NCBI GenBank assembly: GCA_034428375.1 | Contig: DAOUHT010000116.1 | Coordinates: forward strand, 1 to 52,970 | Direction of reading: 5' to 3' | Source: Dehalococcoidia bacterium | GTDB lineage: Bacteria > Chloroflexota > Dehalococcoidia > Lucifugimonadales > Australimonadaceae | DNA: 52,970 nucleotides | In this document: positions 1 through 8,611 of the stretch, piece by piece | How positions within the stretch are numbered: position 1 is the stretch's first letter | Layout: each line of letters opens with the position of its first letter | Notes under the pieces: model-generated | The model's database searches: none | Told to the model about the DNA's origin: nothing | What the model saw: only the letters and a program-made list of their open reading frames with translations | Program-made: the position numbers and the translations under genes

Positions 1-121
1 CGGGTACACTCGCACGCTTGCGCCGTCCGCTCCTTTACGCGGTTGACGTACACGTTGTATGCTGAAGCGCCGGAATCGCCGCAACGGCGTTCCGAACTTT
101 GATGGCGCAGGAAGGAACACA

Positions 122-700
122 ATAGCTAAGGAATACCGCGTCAACGAGCGCATCCGGGTGCCTCAGGTCCGGGTAGTCGATGAGCGAGGCGAGCAGTTCG
201 GCGTGATGGCGATAGCCGATGCTCTGGTCCTTGCGCGCGAACACGACCTCGACCTCGTAGAGGTGGCGCCCAACTCCGACCCGCCGGTCTGCCGGCTCCT
301 GGACTACGGAAAGTTCCGCTACCTGCAGTCCACGAAAGAACGCGAGATGCGCAAGTCCCACAAGAACGTGGGGCTGCGCGAGGTGCGCTTCCGCCCCCGC
401 ATCGGACGGCACGACATCGAGGCGAAGGAACGCCTGGTGTTGAAGTTGCTGGACGAAGGCAACAAGGTGAAGGTGTCGGTGATGCACCGGGGACGCGAGC
501 TTGACCACCGGGACCTGTCCGTGGGTCTGCTGAAGCAGGTGCACGAGGCGGTGAAGGAAGGTGCCAAGTTGGAACAGCCCCCCAAGCAGGAGGGGCGGTT
601 CATCAGCATCGTGCTCGCGCCTGGCCGGGCGGCGGCAGGCCGCTCCCAGGCGGCGGCAACGAAGGAGACCGACGAAGATGCCGAAGATGAAAACGCATAA
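122..700 (+). CDS. infC: Translation initiation factor IF-3 (non-canonical ATA start)
   Basis: IF3 motifs ([53 protein letters not shown]). SD AAGGA at 112-116 lies 5 nt before the in-frame ATA at 122. The ORF track start at 59 is probably too far upstream. Confidence 0.95.
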   Translation: MAKEYRVNERIRVPQVRVVDERGEQFGVMAIADALVLAREHDLDLVEVAPNSDPPVCRLLDYGKFRYLQSTKEREMRKSHKNVGLREVRFRPRIGRHDIEAKERLVLKLLDEGNKVKVSVMHRGRELDHRDLSVGLLKQVHEAVKEGAKLEQPPKQEGRFISIVLAPGRAAAGRSQAAATKETDEDAEDENA

Positions 701-881
701 GGGCGCGGCACGGCGCTTCCGCGTGAGCGGATCAGGCAAGCTGCTGCGCATGAAGCGCCATTCCAGCCACCTGCGCCGGAAGAAGCCGCGCTCCATAACC
801 CGCACCTACAGCGACACGGTTACCGCAAGCGCGAGCAGCCGCAAGAAAGTGATGAAGCTCGTTCCCGGGCTCAACAAGTAG
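678..881 (+). CDS. rpmI: 50S ribosomal protein L35
   Basis: [24 protein letters not shown] from ATG 678; overlaps the end of infC; canonical infC-rpmI-rplT order. Confidence 0.95.
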   Translation: MPKMKTHKGAARRFRVSGSGKLLRMKRHSSHLRRKKPRSITRTYSDTVTASASSRKKVMKLVPGLNK

Positions 882-893
882 GAGATCTGAACG

Positions 894-1256
894 ATGGCAC
901 GCGTGAAGCGCGGGGTTACCGCGCGCCGAAGACACAAGAAGGTGCTCCAGTTCACCAAGGGGCACAGGGGCACGAGGCACGCCCTCTACCGCCGAGCACA
1001 CGAGTCCATGCTGCACGCGCTTGCGTACGCATACGCCCACCGGCGTGAGCGCAAGGGCGACATGCGCAGGCTGTGGGTCGTGCGGATCGGAGCTGCGGCC
1101 CGCGAGCACGGCGTCTCCTACTCCCAGTTCATGCACGGGCTGAAACTGGCGAACGTGGAACTGGACCGCAAGGTGCTGGCCGACCTCGCCACAGCCGACC
1201 CCGACACGTTCGGCCAACTGGCGGAGCAGGCCAAGGCACAACTCGCCGCTGCCTGA
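894..1256 (+). CDS. rplT: 50S ribosomal protein L20
   Basis: [18 protein letters not shown]...[16 protein letters not shown]...[11 protein letters not shown]; SD GGAG upstream. Confidence 0.97.
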   Translation: MARVKRGVTARRRHKKVLQFTKGHRGTRHALYRRAHESMLHALAYAYAHRRERKGDMRRLWVVRIGAAAREHGVSYSQFMHGLKLANVELDRKVLADLATADPDTFGQLAEQAKAQLAAA

Positions 1257-1284
1257 TATCCCCAGCTTCCTTTACTTACCATCC

Positions 1285-1323
1285 AAAAAGACAGCGGGCA
1301 GCGGCTTTTCTTGCCTGCCCCTG
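1285..1323 (-). terminator. Putative intrinsic terminator between the convergent rplT and collagen-like genes
   Basis: GGGCAG (1296-1301) pairs with CTGCCC (1315-1320), extended by CAG/CTG; the A-run at 1285-1289 gives a U-tract on the minus strand. Confidence 0.4.
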
Positions 1324-1442
1324 CAATTCAGCGGGCCGCATTTGCCGGCGAATCACCCCTCCTCAATAGGGGCATCCCCCCCGCGTTCTACGCCGAGGCG
1401 TTATGGCCATTACAAGGGCGCGGCGGGACTCCGCCGCCAACT

Positions 1443-2102
1443 CTAGCACCTCGGGGGTTGCGCGAGTGTGTGGTGCCCTGGCTCGAAGAAGGTGACCCAC
1501 TCGGAATCACCTGAGTAGAATGTGAACAGGTCTAGGTTGTGCGGGCCCGTGCAGCTCTTCCCCCTGGGGGTGCGGTTGTCTACGACACGAGCCGCTGTAG
1601 CATTCGCCGTGGTTGAGTTGACTCCGAACGCCACGAGCGTCTGTTGGATGAGTTCCCTGTGGGTTGATTCGCTATCACGCTGCACTTCGACCCACCAAAG
1701 GGCACTGTCGTGGCTGTAGACGATTCTGCCAATGGCGAGGTCAAGGGAGGTCCACCCTATGGAATCGTCTGCCTCGGGGGTGATCGACCAGTTGCCGCCG
1801 TCAAATAGGGTATCTAGTTTGTTGGATATCCGGTTGAGGTCGGAGAGGTCGTAAATCACGGGCTGCAGGCTTGGCGCTTCGCCTGGTGGCCCTTGCGGGC
1901 CTCGCTCGCCCTGTGGCCCTTGCGGGCCTTGCTCGCCCCGTGGCCCTTGCGGGCCTTGCTCGCCTTGCGCTCCAGAAGGCCCACGTTCCCCTGGGATTCC
2001 CTGTTCCCCTTGCGGCCCCACCGGGCCTTGCTCGCCTTGACAAGCAAGCGCGAGGGCGGCTAAGAGCACGAGCGATGCGGCTAGTCTTATGATGTTCAGC
2101 AT
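1443..2102 (-). CDS. Collagen-like (Gly-X-Y)18 lipoprotein with a C-terminal domain of unknown family
   Basis: Signal peptide with lipobox LALAC(21), then 18 uninterrupted G-X-Y triplets (GEQGPVGPQ...GPPGEA); SD GGAGG upstream on the minus strand. Confidence 0.8.
   Translation of the reverse strand: MLNIIRLAASLVLLAALALACQGEQGPVGPQGEQGIPGERGPSGAQGEQGPQGPRGEQGPQGPQGERGPQGPPGEAPSLQPVIYDLSDLNRISNKLDTLFDGGNWSITPEADDSIGWTSLDLAIGRIVYSHDSALWWVEVQRDSESTHRELIQQTLVAFGVNSTTANATAARVVDNRTPRGKSCTGPHNLDLFTFYSGDSEWVTFFEPGHHTLAQPPRC
1887..1967. repeat. 3 x 27-bp tandem repeat within the collagen-coding segment
   Basis: Units TGGCCCTTGCGGGCCTYGCTCGCCYYG start at 1887, 1914 and 1941. Confidence 0.85.
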
Positions 2103-2247
2103 GGATACCTCCAGTAGTCCTTCCTGTTAATCCGATGCAATTCCGACGCAGGATGAGCACTATCCGTTACGGCCGTAAGCAATGGCACTAACGTCTCGCT
2201 GTACGGGCGTAGCCAATTGCAAGCCGCTACCGTGTGTGCTGGTTCTG

Positions 2248-2670
2248 CTATGCGCGGGTGATGCCCTGGGCTCCGGCGTGGTCAAGGAGGCGGCGCATCG
2301 CTTCGATGTTGAGGGATGGCGACCATGCAGACGTGAGCCACAGAGTGGAGACCTGTTCGTAGATATCCGACAGGGGCAACGAGTCCTGCGGAGCGGCGAG
2401 CAGGATGCGGACCACCGTCTCCAGCACGGGGTGCTGCGGTGAAAGATAGCCCTCCTGCCCCGCGCAGCCTCTGAAGAGCGTGTGCAACTCCTTGTAGCTG
2501 AGGTCGCTGGGGTTGCCCTTGGCCTTGGCCTTTGCTGCGTCGCAGAGCCGTGCTCCCAGCACGACGCCAACGGAGCGGCCCTGTCTCGTGATGAGATCAG
2601 GGTCGAAGGTGTAGCTGGGATTCGCGTCGTTCTCTTGGGAAGTGGTTTCAGCGGGGGACTTCGTCGTCAT
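2248..2670 (-). CDS. Hypothetical protein (140 aa), possible C-terminal winged-helix-like region
   Basis: SD GAGG; starts 11 nt after the moeA stop; composition is plausible for a protein; no family recognised with certainty. Confidence 0.65.
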   Translation of the reverse strand: MTTKSPAETTSQENDANPSYTFDPDLITRQGRSVGVVLGARLCDAAKAKAKGNPSDLSYKELHTLFRGCAGQEGYLSPQHPVLETVVRILLAAPQDSLPLSDIYEQVSTLWLTSAWSPSLNIEAMRRLLDHAGAQGITRA

Positions 2671-2681
2671 GCAGTTGCCTC

Positions 2682-4124
2682 TCAGTCGATGTGGTGTTCC
2701 GTGATGTCGAGCCGTTCCGTGAGGATGCCGGCGTGGTCCAGCCAGTCCAGCAGTTGGACGGGCGCGCGTTCGCCTGCGCGGCGTACGGGCATGTCTTCCG
2801 GGCAGATGGCGAGTCCCTGAGCGAGCCCCATCGACGTGAGCAGGTTGGAGCCCTGCCCGCCGGTGAGGCGCGCGTGCAACCCGTCTTCGCGGTGTTCGAG
2901 CGTCACGCGAGCGTACACGCGGCGCTCGTCAGTATTCAAGAGGTCGTCGTCCATCGTGGCTCGCACCGTCGGCAGGGGTTCCGGTTCGCGCCCCATCATC
3001 TTCGCGAGCGCTGGCCTGCCCAGTTCCACGAGCGCCACGAGCGCACTGACTGGATTGCCCGGCAGGCCTAGGTGCGGCACTTCGCGTCCGTCCGGCGCCT
3101 GCAAGAGCCCGAACGCGATGGGACGGGCAGGGCGCATCCGCACCGACCAGAAGTCGATGCTCCCCAGCTCCGCGAGCGTCTCCTTTACCATGTCGAACGC
3201 ACCTGCGCTCACGCCTGCGCTCGTGATGAGCAGGTCGGCCTCGAGCCCCTGCCGGATCTTCGCGCGCAGGTCGTCCATGTTGTCGCGGGCGATGCCGAGC
3301 AGCACGGGCTCGGCGCCCCAGCGCCGCAGCGCCGTCGCCGTCCCGTAGCTGTTGCTGTCGAACAAGCGCCCAGGCTCGAGCGCTTCGCCGGGCGTTTGCA
3401 CCTCGTCTCCGGTTGCGAGCACCGCGACGCGCGGCCTGCGCACGACAGCGGCGTCCGCGAAGCCGAATGAGGCGAGCAGGCCGATGGCGGGCGGGTCGAG
3501 CACGCGTCCCCTCTCCAGTATCAGTGCGCCTTTCGAGGCGTCCTCACCTGCGGGGCGCATGTGGTCGCCGACGTGCGCGGCATGCTGAATAGCGATGTAC
3601 TGCAGTGCGAGGCCGGTGGAGCGGCGGGCCACTTCATCGGTGAACTCGTAGGGGACGATGGCGTCCGCGCCATCGGGCGCCGGGGCGCCGGTCATGATGC
3701 GGACGGTCTCGCCCTCGCGAACGGTTGCTGAGGGAAGTTGCCCCGCCTGCACCTGCCCCACGATCTCCAGCGTTACCGGCGACGACTCGGACGCTCCGGC
3801 GACGTCCGCGGCGCGCACAGCGTAGCCGTCCATCGCCGAGTTCGTCAGGGCCGGGATGTCGAACGGTGAACGTACGTCCTCAGCGAGCGTGAGCCCGTCC
3901 GCGTCGAGGAGGGGCACGCGTTCGACCGGCAATTCATGTACGAGGCGCAGGACGCGCTCGAGCGCGTCCTCGACGCTGAGCATGTCAGCGGTGCGCGGGT
4001 GGGCGTGGGAGTGCTCAGCGTGCGCATGCCCGTGGTCGTGGGCATGCTCCGCGTGCGACTCATGGCCACTGTGTCCGTGGGCATGCTCGTGTTCGTGTCC
4101 GTGATGGTGGTCGTGCTCTGTCAT
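2682..4124 (-). CDS. moeA: Molybdopterin molybdotransferase MoeA (gephyrin-like) with a His-rich N-terminal extension
   Basis: SAMDGYAV, IMTGAP, ATGDEV, DSNS, ITSAGVSAGAFD, GLPGNPVSALV motifs. Confidence 0.93.
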   Translation of the reverse strand: MTEHDHHHGHEHEHAHGHSGHESHAEHAHDHGHAHAEHSHAHPRTADMLSVEDALERVLRLVHELPVERVPLLDADGLTLAEDVRSPFDIPALTNSAMDGYAVRAADVAGASESSPVTLEIVGQVQAGQLPSATVREGETVRIMTGAPAPDGADAIVPYEFTDEVARRSTGLALQYIAIQHAAHVGDHMRPAGEDASKGALILERGRVLDPPAIGLLASFGFADAAVVRRPRVAVLATGDEVQTPGEALEPGRLFDSNSYGTATALRRWGAEPVLLGIARDNMDDLRAKIRQGLEADLLITSAGVSAGAFDMVKETLAELGSIDFWSVRMRPARPIAFGLLQAPDGREVPHLGLPGNPVSALVALVELGRPALAKMMGREPEPLPTVRATMDDDLLNTDERRVYARVTLEHREDGLHARLTGGQGSNLLTSMGLAQGLAICPEDMPVRRAGERAPVQLLDWLDHAGILTERLDITEHHID

Positions 4125-4128
4125 TGCG

Positions 4129-6519
4129 TTATGCCCTGAGCGACGCGCCGGTCTCGCGCTCCATGCGCTTCACGATGGCGGCGACGGCGTCGTTGACTTC
4201 GGCTGTTTCGAGCGTCTTGCTCGGCGATTGGAACTCCACTGTGAACGCGAGCGACTTCTTGCCCTCCGGCAACGAATCGCCCTCGAACAGGTCGAACAGC
4301 GTCGCTCGGACAACGAGCGGGCCGCTCTCGATTATGTCCTGCGCCTGCCGCGCGGGGACGGAGGCGTCCAGCACGAGTGCAAGATCGCGTACAGCGCTGG
4401 GGTAACGGGAGAACGCCGCGAACGAGGAGCGCATCTCGGGGACGTGTGGAGTGAGGCGCTGCAGGTCCAGTTCAATGAACCCGGCCTGCGCGGCGGGGAT
4501 GTCATACTGCGCGACAGCCTGCGGGCACAACTCGCCCACGACGCCTGCCTGCTGGCCTTTCACCAGCACCGCGGCGGAGCGTCCCGGGTGCAGCAGCGGG
4601 TCGCTCGTGCGCTCGAAGGTGGCACTGAGCCCCAGTCGCGCCAGCGTTCCCTCCACGACGCCCTTCGCGTCGAAGAAACCGAGGGGTTCCGCATCCTGCT
4701 CCCAGAGCACGCTGCCGCGCGGGCCCGCGAGGACGGCGATGGCCGTCTCGCGCTCGTCCGGGAGGTCCCCGTCGCGCGGGATGAACACTCGCCCGACCTC
4801 GAACATGGCGGCGCTACCCTGCTGGCGCATCGCGCTCGCGGCGCCGCGCAGGAGCGCGGGGCGGAGCGAGGTGCGCAGGTACGCCTGCTCCTGGCTCATG
4901 GGGTTCGCGGTGCCGAGCGGGGCAGCGCCTTCCGGCAGAGCGGCGTCCTCTTCGCTGACGAGCGTGTGGAAGATCGTCTCCTGGAGCCCGAACGAGACGA
5001 GCGCGTCGCGCACTTCCTCGCGCAGCTCGCGCTCCGGCTGCCGGATGGCCTCCGGTACGCGCCCACCGAGCGGCTCGCCTTCGACGGCGTCATAGCCGAC
5101 CACTCTCGCGATCTCTTCGACGACGTCCTCTTCGATTCCTACGTCCGTTCGCCAGTAGGGCGGCACGACTGTCATCGCGCCGTCGGCGCCCGGCTCGACG
5201 GCGAAGCCGAGGGAGGCGAGCACTCCCGACACCTGTTCGGTGGGGAAGTCGACCCCCAGCACGCGGCGAAGGCTCTCGTGGGAGAAGGGGATGCGGGGCG
5301 GGTCGCTCCTGCCGGGGAAGACGTCGTACACGCCCTGCGCAGCCTCGCCTCCCGCCGTCTCCAGGATGAGCCGCGTCGCGCGTCGCACCCCCCGCTCGGC
5401 GAGTTCAGGGTTCAGCCCCTTCTCGAACCGCAGCGAGGCGTCCGTGCGCAGTTTGAGCGTGTTGGAGGTGCGGCGTGTGTTGATGGCGTTGAAGGTCGCG
5501 GACTCGAGCAGCACGTTCTGCGTGGCGTCCGTCATCTCGGAGTTCGCACCGCCCATGACGCCCGCGAGGCCTATCGAGCGCTCGGGGTCGGCGATCATCA
5601 GCATGGGCGGGCGGAGCTCGTGCTCCTGGCCGTCGAGGCTCGTGAAGCGCTCGCCGTCTCCGGCGGGACGGACGATGACCTTCGCGTCGCGCACCTGGTC
5701 GAGGTCGAACGCGTGCAGCGGCTGGCCGTACTCCAGCATCACGTAGTTCGTCACGTCCACGACGTTGTTGATGGAGCGGTGGCCTGCGTCCTGCAGGCTC
5801 TGACGGAGCCAGTCCGGCGACGGCCCGATGCGCACGCCGCGTACCAGCGTGCAGGTGTAACGCGAGCAGAGGGCAGGGTCGGCGATCTCGATGCCGACGC
5901 TGTCCGCTATCGCACCGCCGTTCTCGCCGTACTCCGAGGGAGGCTCGGTTACCTGCTCGCCGGTGATGGCCGCCGCCTCGTGCGCGATGCCGAGCACGGA
6001 GAGGCAGTCGCCGCGGTTCGGGGTGACCTCGACCTCCAGCGCGCCGGACGACGGCAGCACGTCAGTGAGGGGCGTGCCGATCGGGCTCTCGTCCGGCAGC
6101 ACGAGGATGCCCTCGTGTTCGTCACTCAGCCCGAGTTCGCGCTCGGAGCAGACCATGCCCGCGGACTCGACGCCGCGTATGACGGCTGCGGTCAGTTCCA
6201 TCGGCTCGCCCGTCTTGCCGCTCGTGAGCATCGCTCCCACTCGCGCGAACGCGATCTTCTGACCAGCCGCGACGTTCGGCGCGCCGCAGACGACGGTGGA
6301 CGTCTCGCCGCCGGTGTCCACGTCCGCCAGCCGCAGCCGGTCGGCGTTCGGGTGCGGGCGCACGTCGAGGACGTGGCCGACGACGACGTTCTCCCATCCG
6401 CCGCCGGAGCCGGGGTCGTACGTCGTCTCCAGTCCGGCCATAGTGAGGCGGTGGGCCAACTCCGCCGGAGGCATCCGCAACGGGACGTACTCGGCAAGCC
6501 AGGAAAGCGGAACTCTCAT
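4129..6519 (-). CDS. pheT: Phenylalanine-tRNA ligase beta subunit
   Basis: HPNADRL, VVCGAPNV, GVESAGMVCSERELG, VTPNRGDCLS, NNVVDVTNYVMLEYGQPLHAFD, RFEKG, PYWRTD and the C-terminal FDX-ACB domain (RDLALV, KKSLAF). Confidence 0.97.
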   Translation of the reverse strand: MRVPLSWLAEYVPLRMPPAELAHRLTMAGLETTYDPGSGGGWENVVVGHVLDVRPHPNADRLRLADVDTGGETSTVVCGAPNVAAGQKIAFARVGAMLTSGKTGEPMELTAAVIRGVESAGMVCSERELGLSDEHEGILVLPDESPIGTPLTDVLPSSGALEVEVTPNRGDCLSVLGIAHEAAAITGEQVTEPPSEYGENGGAIADSVGIEIADPALCSRYTCTLVRGVRIGPSPDWLRQSLQDAGHRSINNVVDVTNYVMLEYGQPLHAFDLDQVRDAKVIVRPAGDGERFTSLDGQEHELRPPMLMIADPERSIGLAGVMGGANSEMTDATQNVLLESATFNAINTRRTSNTLKLRTDASLRFEKGLNPELAERGVRRATRLILETAGGEAAQGVYDVFPGRSDPPRIPFSHESLRRVLGVDFPTEQVSGVLASLGFAVEPGADGAMTVVPPYWRTDVGIEEDVVEEIARVVGYDAVEGEPLGGRVPEAIRQPERELREEVRDALVSFGLQETIFHTLVSEEDAALPEGAAPLGTANPMSQEQAYLRTSLRPALLRGAASAMRQQGSAAMFEVGRVFIPRDGDLPDERETAIAVLAGPRGSVLWEQDAEPLGFFDAKGVVEGTLARLGLSATFERTSDPLLHPGRSAAVLVKGQQAGVVGELCPQAVAQYDIPAAQAGFIELDLQRLTPHVPEMRSSFAAFSRYPSAVRDLALVLDASVPARQAQDIIESGPLVVRATLFDLFEGDSLPEGKKSLAFTVEFQSPSKTLETAEVNDAVAAIVKRMERETGASLRA

Positions 6520-6556
6520 GGTGGAAGGGCAGGCTCCAAAAGTAGTGCGTCAGGTA

Positions 6557-6595
6557 AGTATAACGGCAGGGCGGGCAATCGGCAGGGGATATAAT
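6557..6595. promoter_or_regulatory. Putative divergent sigma70 -10 boxes
   Basis: TATAAT at 6590-6595 (+, towards the redoxin gene); TATACT at 6557-6562 (-, towards pheT) with CTGCCG 17 nt upstream. Confidence 0.4.
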
Positions 6596-6644
6596 GAAGA
6601 TGTGTCATGCGGAAGGCATGGGCACATGGGGAGGAGGGTGCCGC

Positions 6645-7946
6645 ATGACAGGTCGGCTTTGGATCGTCCGCATTTCCCTGGGCGTGTTGCTCTTGGTGCT
6701 GCTTGCCGTTGTCGTAACGGGATGCAGCGAGGAGGACGAGGCAACGCCCACCAGCGAGCCTGTCGCGTCGTCCGAGGCGACGACGACCGATGCTCCTGCC
6801 GAGCCGGCCGGTCCGCCGCCCACGCCCATGATGCCCGAATTCGAGGAGACGGGAAGTACGGGCGGCGAGCTGGGCGACATGGCCCCGGAGTTCACGGGCA
6901 TATCCCAGTGGCTCAACAGTGACGAGCTGACGATGGAGGGGCTGCGTGGGGACGTCGTCCTCATCGACTTCTGGACGTACACCTGCGTGAACTGCATCCG
7001 CACGATGCCCTTCCTGCGCGAGTGGAATGAGAAGTATGCGGACCGCGGCCTCACGATGATCGGCGTGCACACGCCCGAGTTTGACTTCGAGAAGATCACC
7101 GACAACGTCGTCGCGGCGAACGATGAGCTGGGAGTCGTCTGGCCTGTCGCGCAGGACAACGATTTCGGCACCTGGCGCTCCTACAACAACCGCTTCTGGC
7201 CCGCGAAGTACCTGATAGACGCGAACGGCGTTGTACGGTACACGCACTTCGGCGAGGGCGCGTACGACGAGACGGAGCATCACATCCGCGCGCTGTTGGA
7301 AGAGGCCGGCAACGACGTGTCGGATATCGAAGCCGATTCGGACGAGGGGCCGACGGTCGACCAGCGGGCGCGCGGCACTTCCCGCGAGAATAACGACTCC
7401 CAGACGCGCGAGATATACGGCGGCTGGCAGCGCAACGCATCGAACACCGGGCTGTACATCGCGCACCCGCAGTACTACGACGGGCAGGGCCTCACCCAGG
7501 CCTACCGCGACCCGGGCAACCACCTGAACCAGTTCATGTACCTGCACGGCTCGTGGCGCTCCGACCTGGAGGCGATAGCCCACGCGCGGGAGACCGAGGA
7601 CTACGAGGACTACATCGCGCTCCGCTTCTTCGCCCGTACCGTCAACATCGTCCTCGACCTCGAGGAGGGCGTAGAGCCGTTCGAAGTCGAGGTCACGATC
7701 GCCGACAGTCCGGCGGAGGGAGCCGACGCCCGCGCGCCGCTGGACTACCGCCCCCTTGCTGCGGACGAGGCGGGCGAGCACATCGTTATCGAGGGCGGGC
7801 GCAGCTACTTCGTGGTGGATGAGCCGGACCTGTACAACGTCGTATCCTTGCCCGAGTTCGGAGACGCTGAGCTGAAGTTCTCGTCGAACTCCCCGCACTT
7901 CGCGCTTTTCGCGCTCACGTTCGGCTCCTACGACGAGGTTTACTAG
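6645..7946 (+). CDS. Lipoprotein with a TlpA/DipZ-like thioredoxin domain (CxxC) and a DipZ-like C-terminal domain
   Basis: SD GAGGAGG before ATG 6645; lipobox VVTGC; VVLIDFWTYTCVNCIRT; GVHTPEFDFEK; YNNRFWPAKYLID; HFGEGAY; about 200 aa C-terminal beta-rich domain. Confidence 0.85.
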   Translation: MTGRLWIVRISLGVLLLVLLAVVVTGCSEEDEATPTSEPVASSEATTTDAPAEPAGPPPTPMMPEFEETGSTGGELGDMAPEFTGISQWLNSDELTMEGLRGDVVLIDFWTYTCVNCIRTMPFLREWNEKYADRGLTMIGVHTPEFDFEKITDNVVAANDELGVVWPVAQDNDFGTWRSYNNRFWPAKYLIDANGVVRYTHFGEGAYDETEHHIRALLEEAGNDVSDIEADSDEGPTVDQRARGTSRENNDSQTREIYGGWQRNASNTGLYIAHPQYYDGQGLTQAYRDPGNHLNQFMYLHGSWRSDLEAIAHARETEDYEDYIALRFFARTVNIVLDLEEGVEPFEVEVTIADSPAEGADARAPLDYRPLAADEAGEHIVIEGGRSYFVVDEPDLYNVVSLPEFGDAELKFSSNSPHFALFALTFGSYDEVY

Positions 7947-7953
7947 AGGAACG

Positions 7954-8607
7954 ATGCCGAACCCGCGCCTGCATTCCGCCGTCGTCGGGGCGCTCGTTAT
8001 CGCGTGCGCCACTGTGGCGTGCTCGTCCGAATCCACCCCTACCCCCACGCCGACTCCGACACGCGTTCCTCCTCCCACACCGGAACTGCCCGCGTTCGAG
8101 GTTTCGGGGAACAACGGCGGTCTGATCGGCGACGGCGCCTCCAAGTTCACCGGTATTACGCAGTGGCTCAACAGCGAGCCGCTGACGATGGAGGGGCTGC
8201 AGGGGAAGGTGGTGCTGATCGACTTCTGGACGTACACCTGAATCAACTGCATCCGTACCGTGCCGTACTTACAGGACTGGAACGAGAAATACGCCGGAGA
8301 CGGCTTCATGATCGTCGGCGTGCACGCGCCGGAGTACGAGTTCGAGAAGCGCACCGAGAACGTGATCGAGGCGGCGGCGGAGCTGGGCGTCGTCTGGCCC
8401 ATCGCGCAGGACAACGACTTCCGGACGTGGCGCTCCTACAACAACCGCTACTGGCCCGCGAAGTACCTGGTCGACGCGAACGGCGTCATCCGCTTCACCC
8501 ACTTCGGCGAGGGCAGATACGAGCAGACCGAGCACCACATCCGCGCGCTGATGGCGGAGGCGGGCTACGAGGTGCCGGACGTGACCATCGGCAGAGAGGA
8601 GTCCTAG
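7954..8607 (+). CDS. Thioredoxin-like lipoprotein with an in-frame TGA at the active site (UxxC); candidate selenoprotein
   Basis: ORFs 7954-8241 and 8260-8607 share a frame. The sequence reads DFWTYT-TGA-INCIRTVPYL against DFWTYT-TGC-VNCIRTMPFL in the upstream paralog. Lipobox TVAC plus a Pro/Thr linker. Confidence 0.8.
8247..8274 (+). promoter_or_regulatory. Candidate bacterial SECIS element
   Basis: Upper stem GTAC (8255-8258)/GTAC (8265-8268) closes the loop CGUGCC, with GU at +22/+23 from the U of UGA; lower stem CTG/CAG. Folded by eye. Confidence 0.5.
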
Positions 8608-8611
8608 GACG

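Noticed and set aside
1887-1967. Short direct repeats as a CRISPR array (also 13376-13423)
   Set aside because: They are contiguous, have no spacers, are in-frame coding repeats, and no cas genes are present.
7954-8607. Reading this locus as two small genes or a pseudogene
   Set aside because: The stop sits exactly on the catalytic Cys, the frame is preserved, and I saw no other lesion. Sec read-through is more economical, though a nonsense mutation is not excluded.
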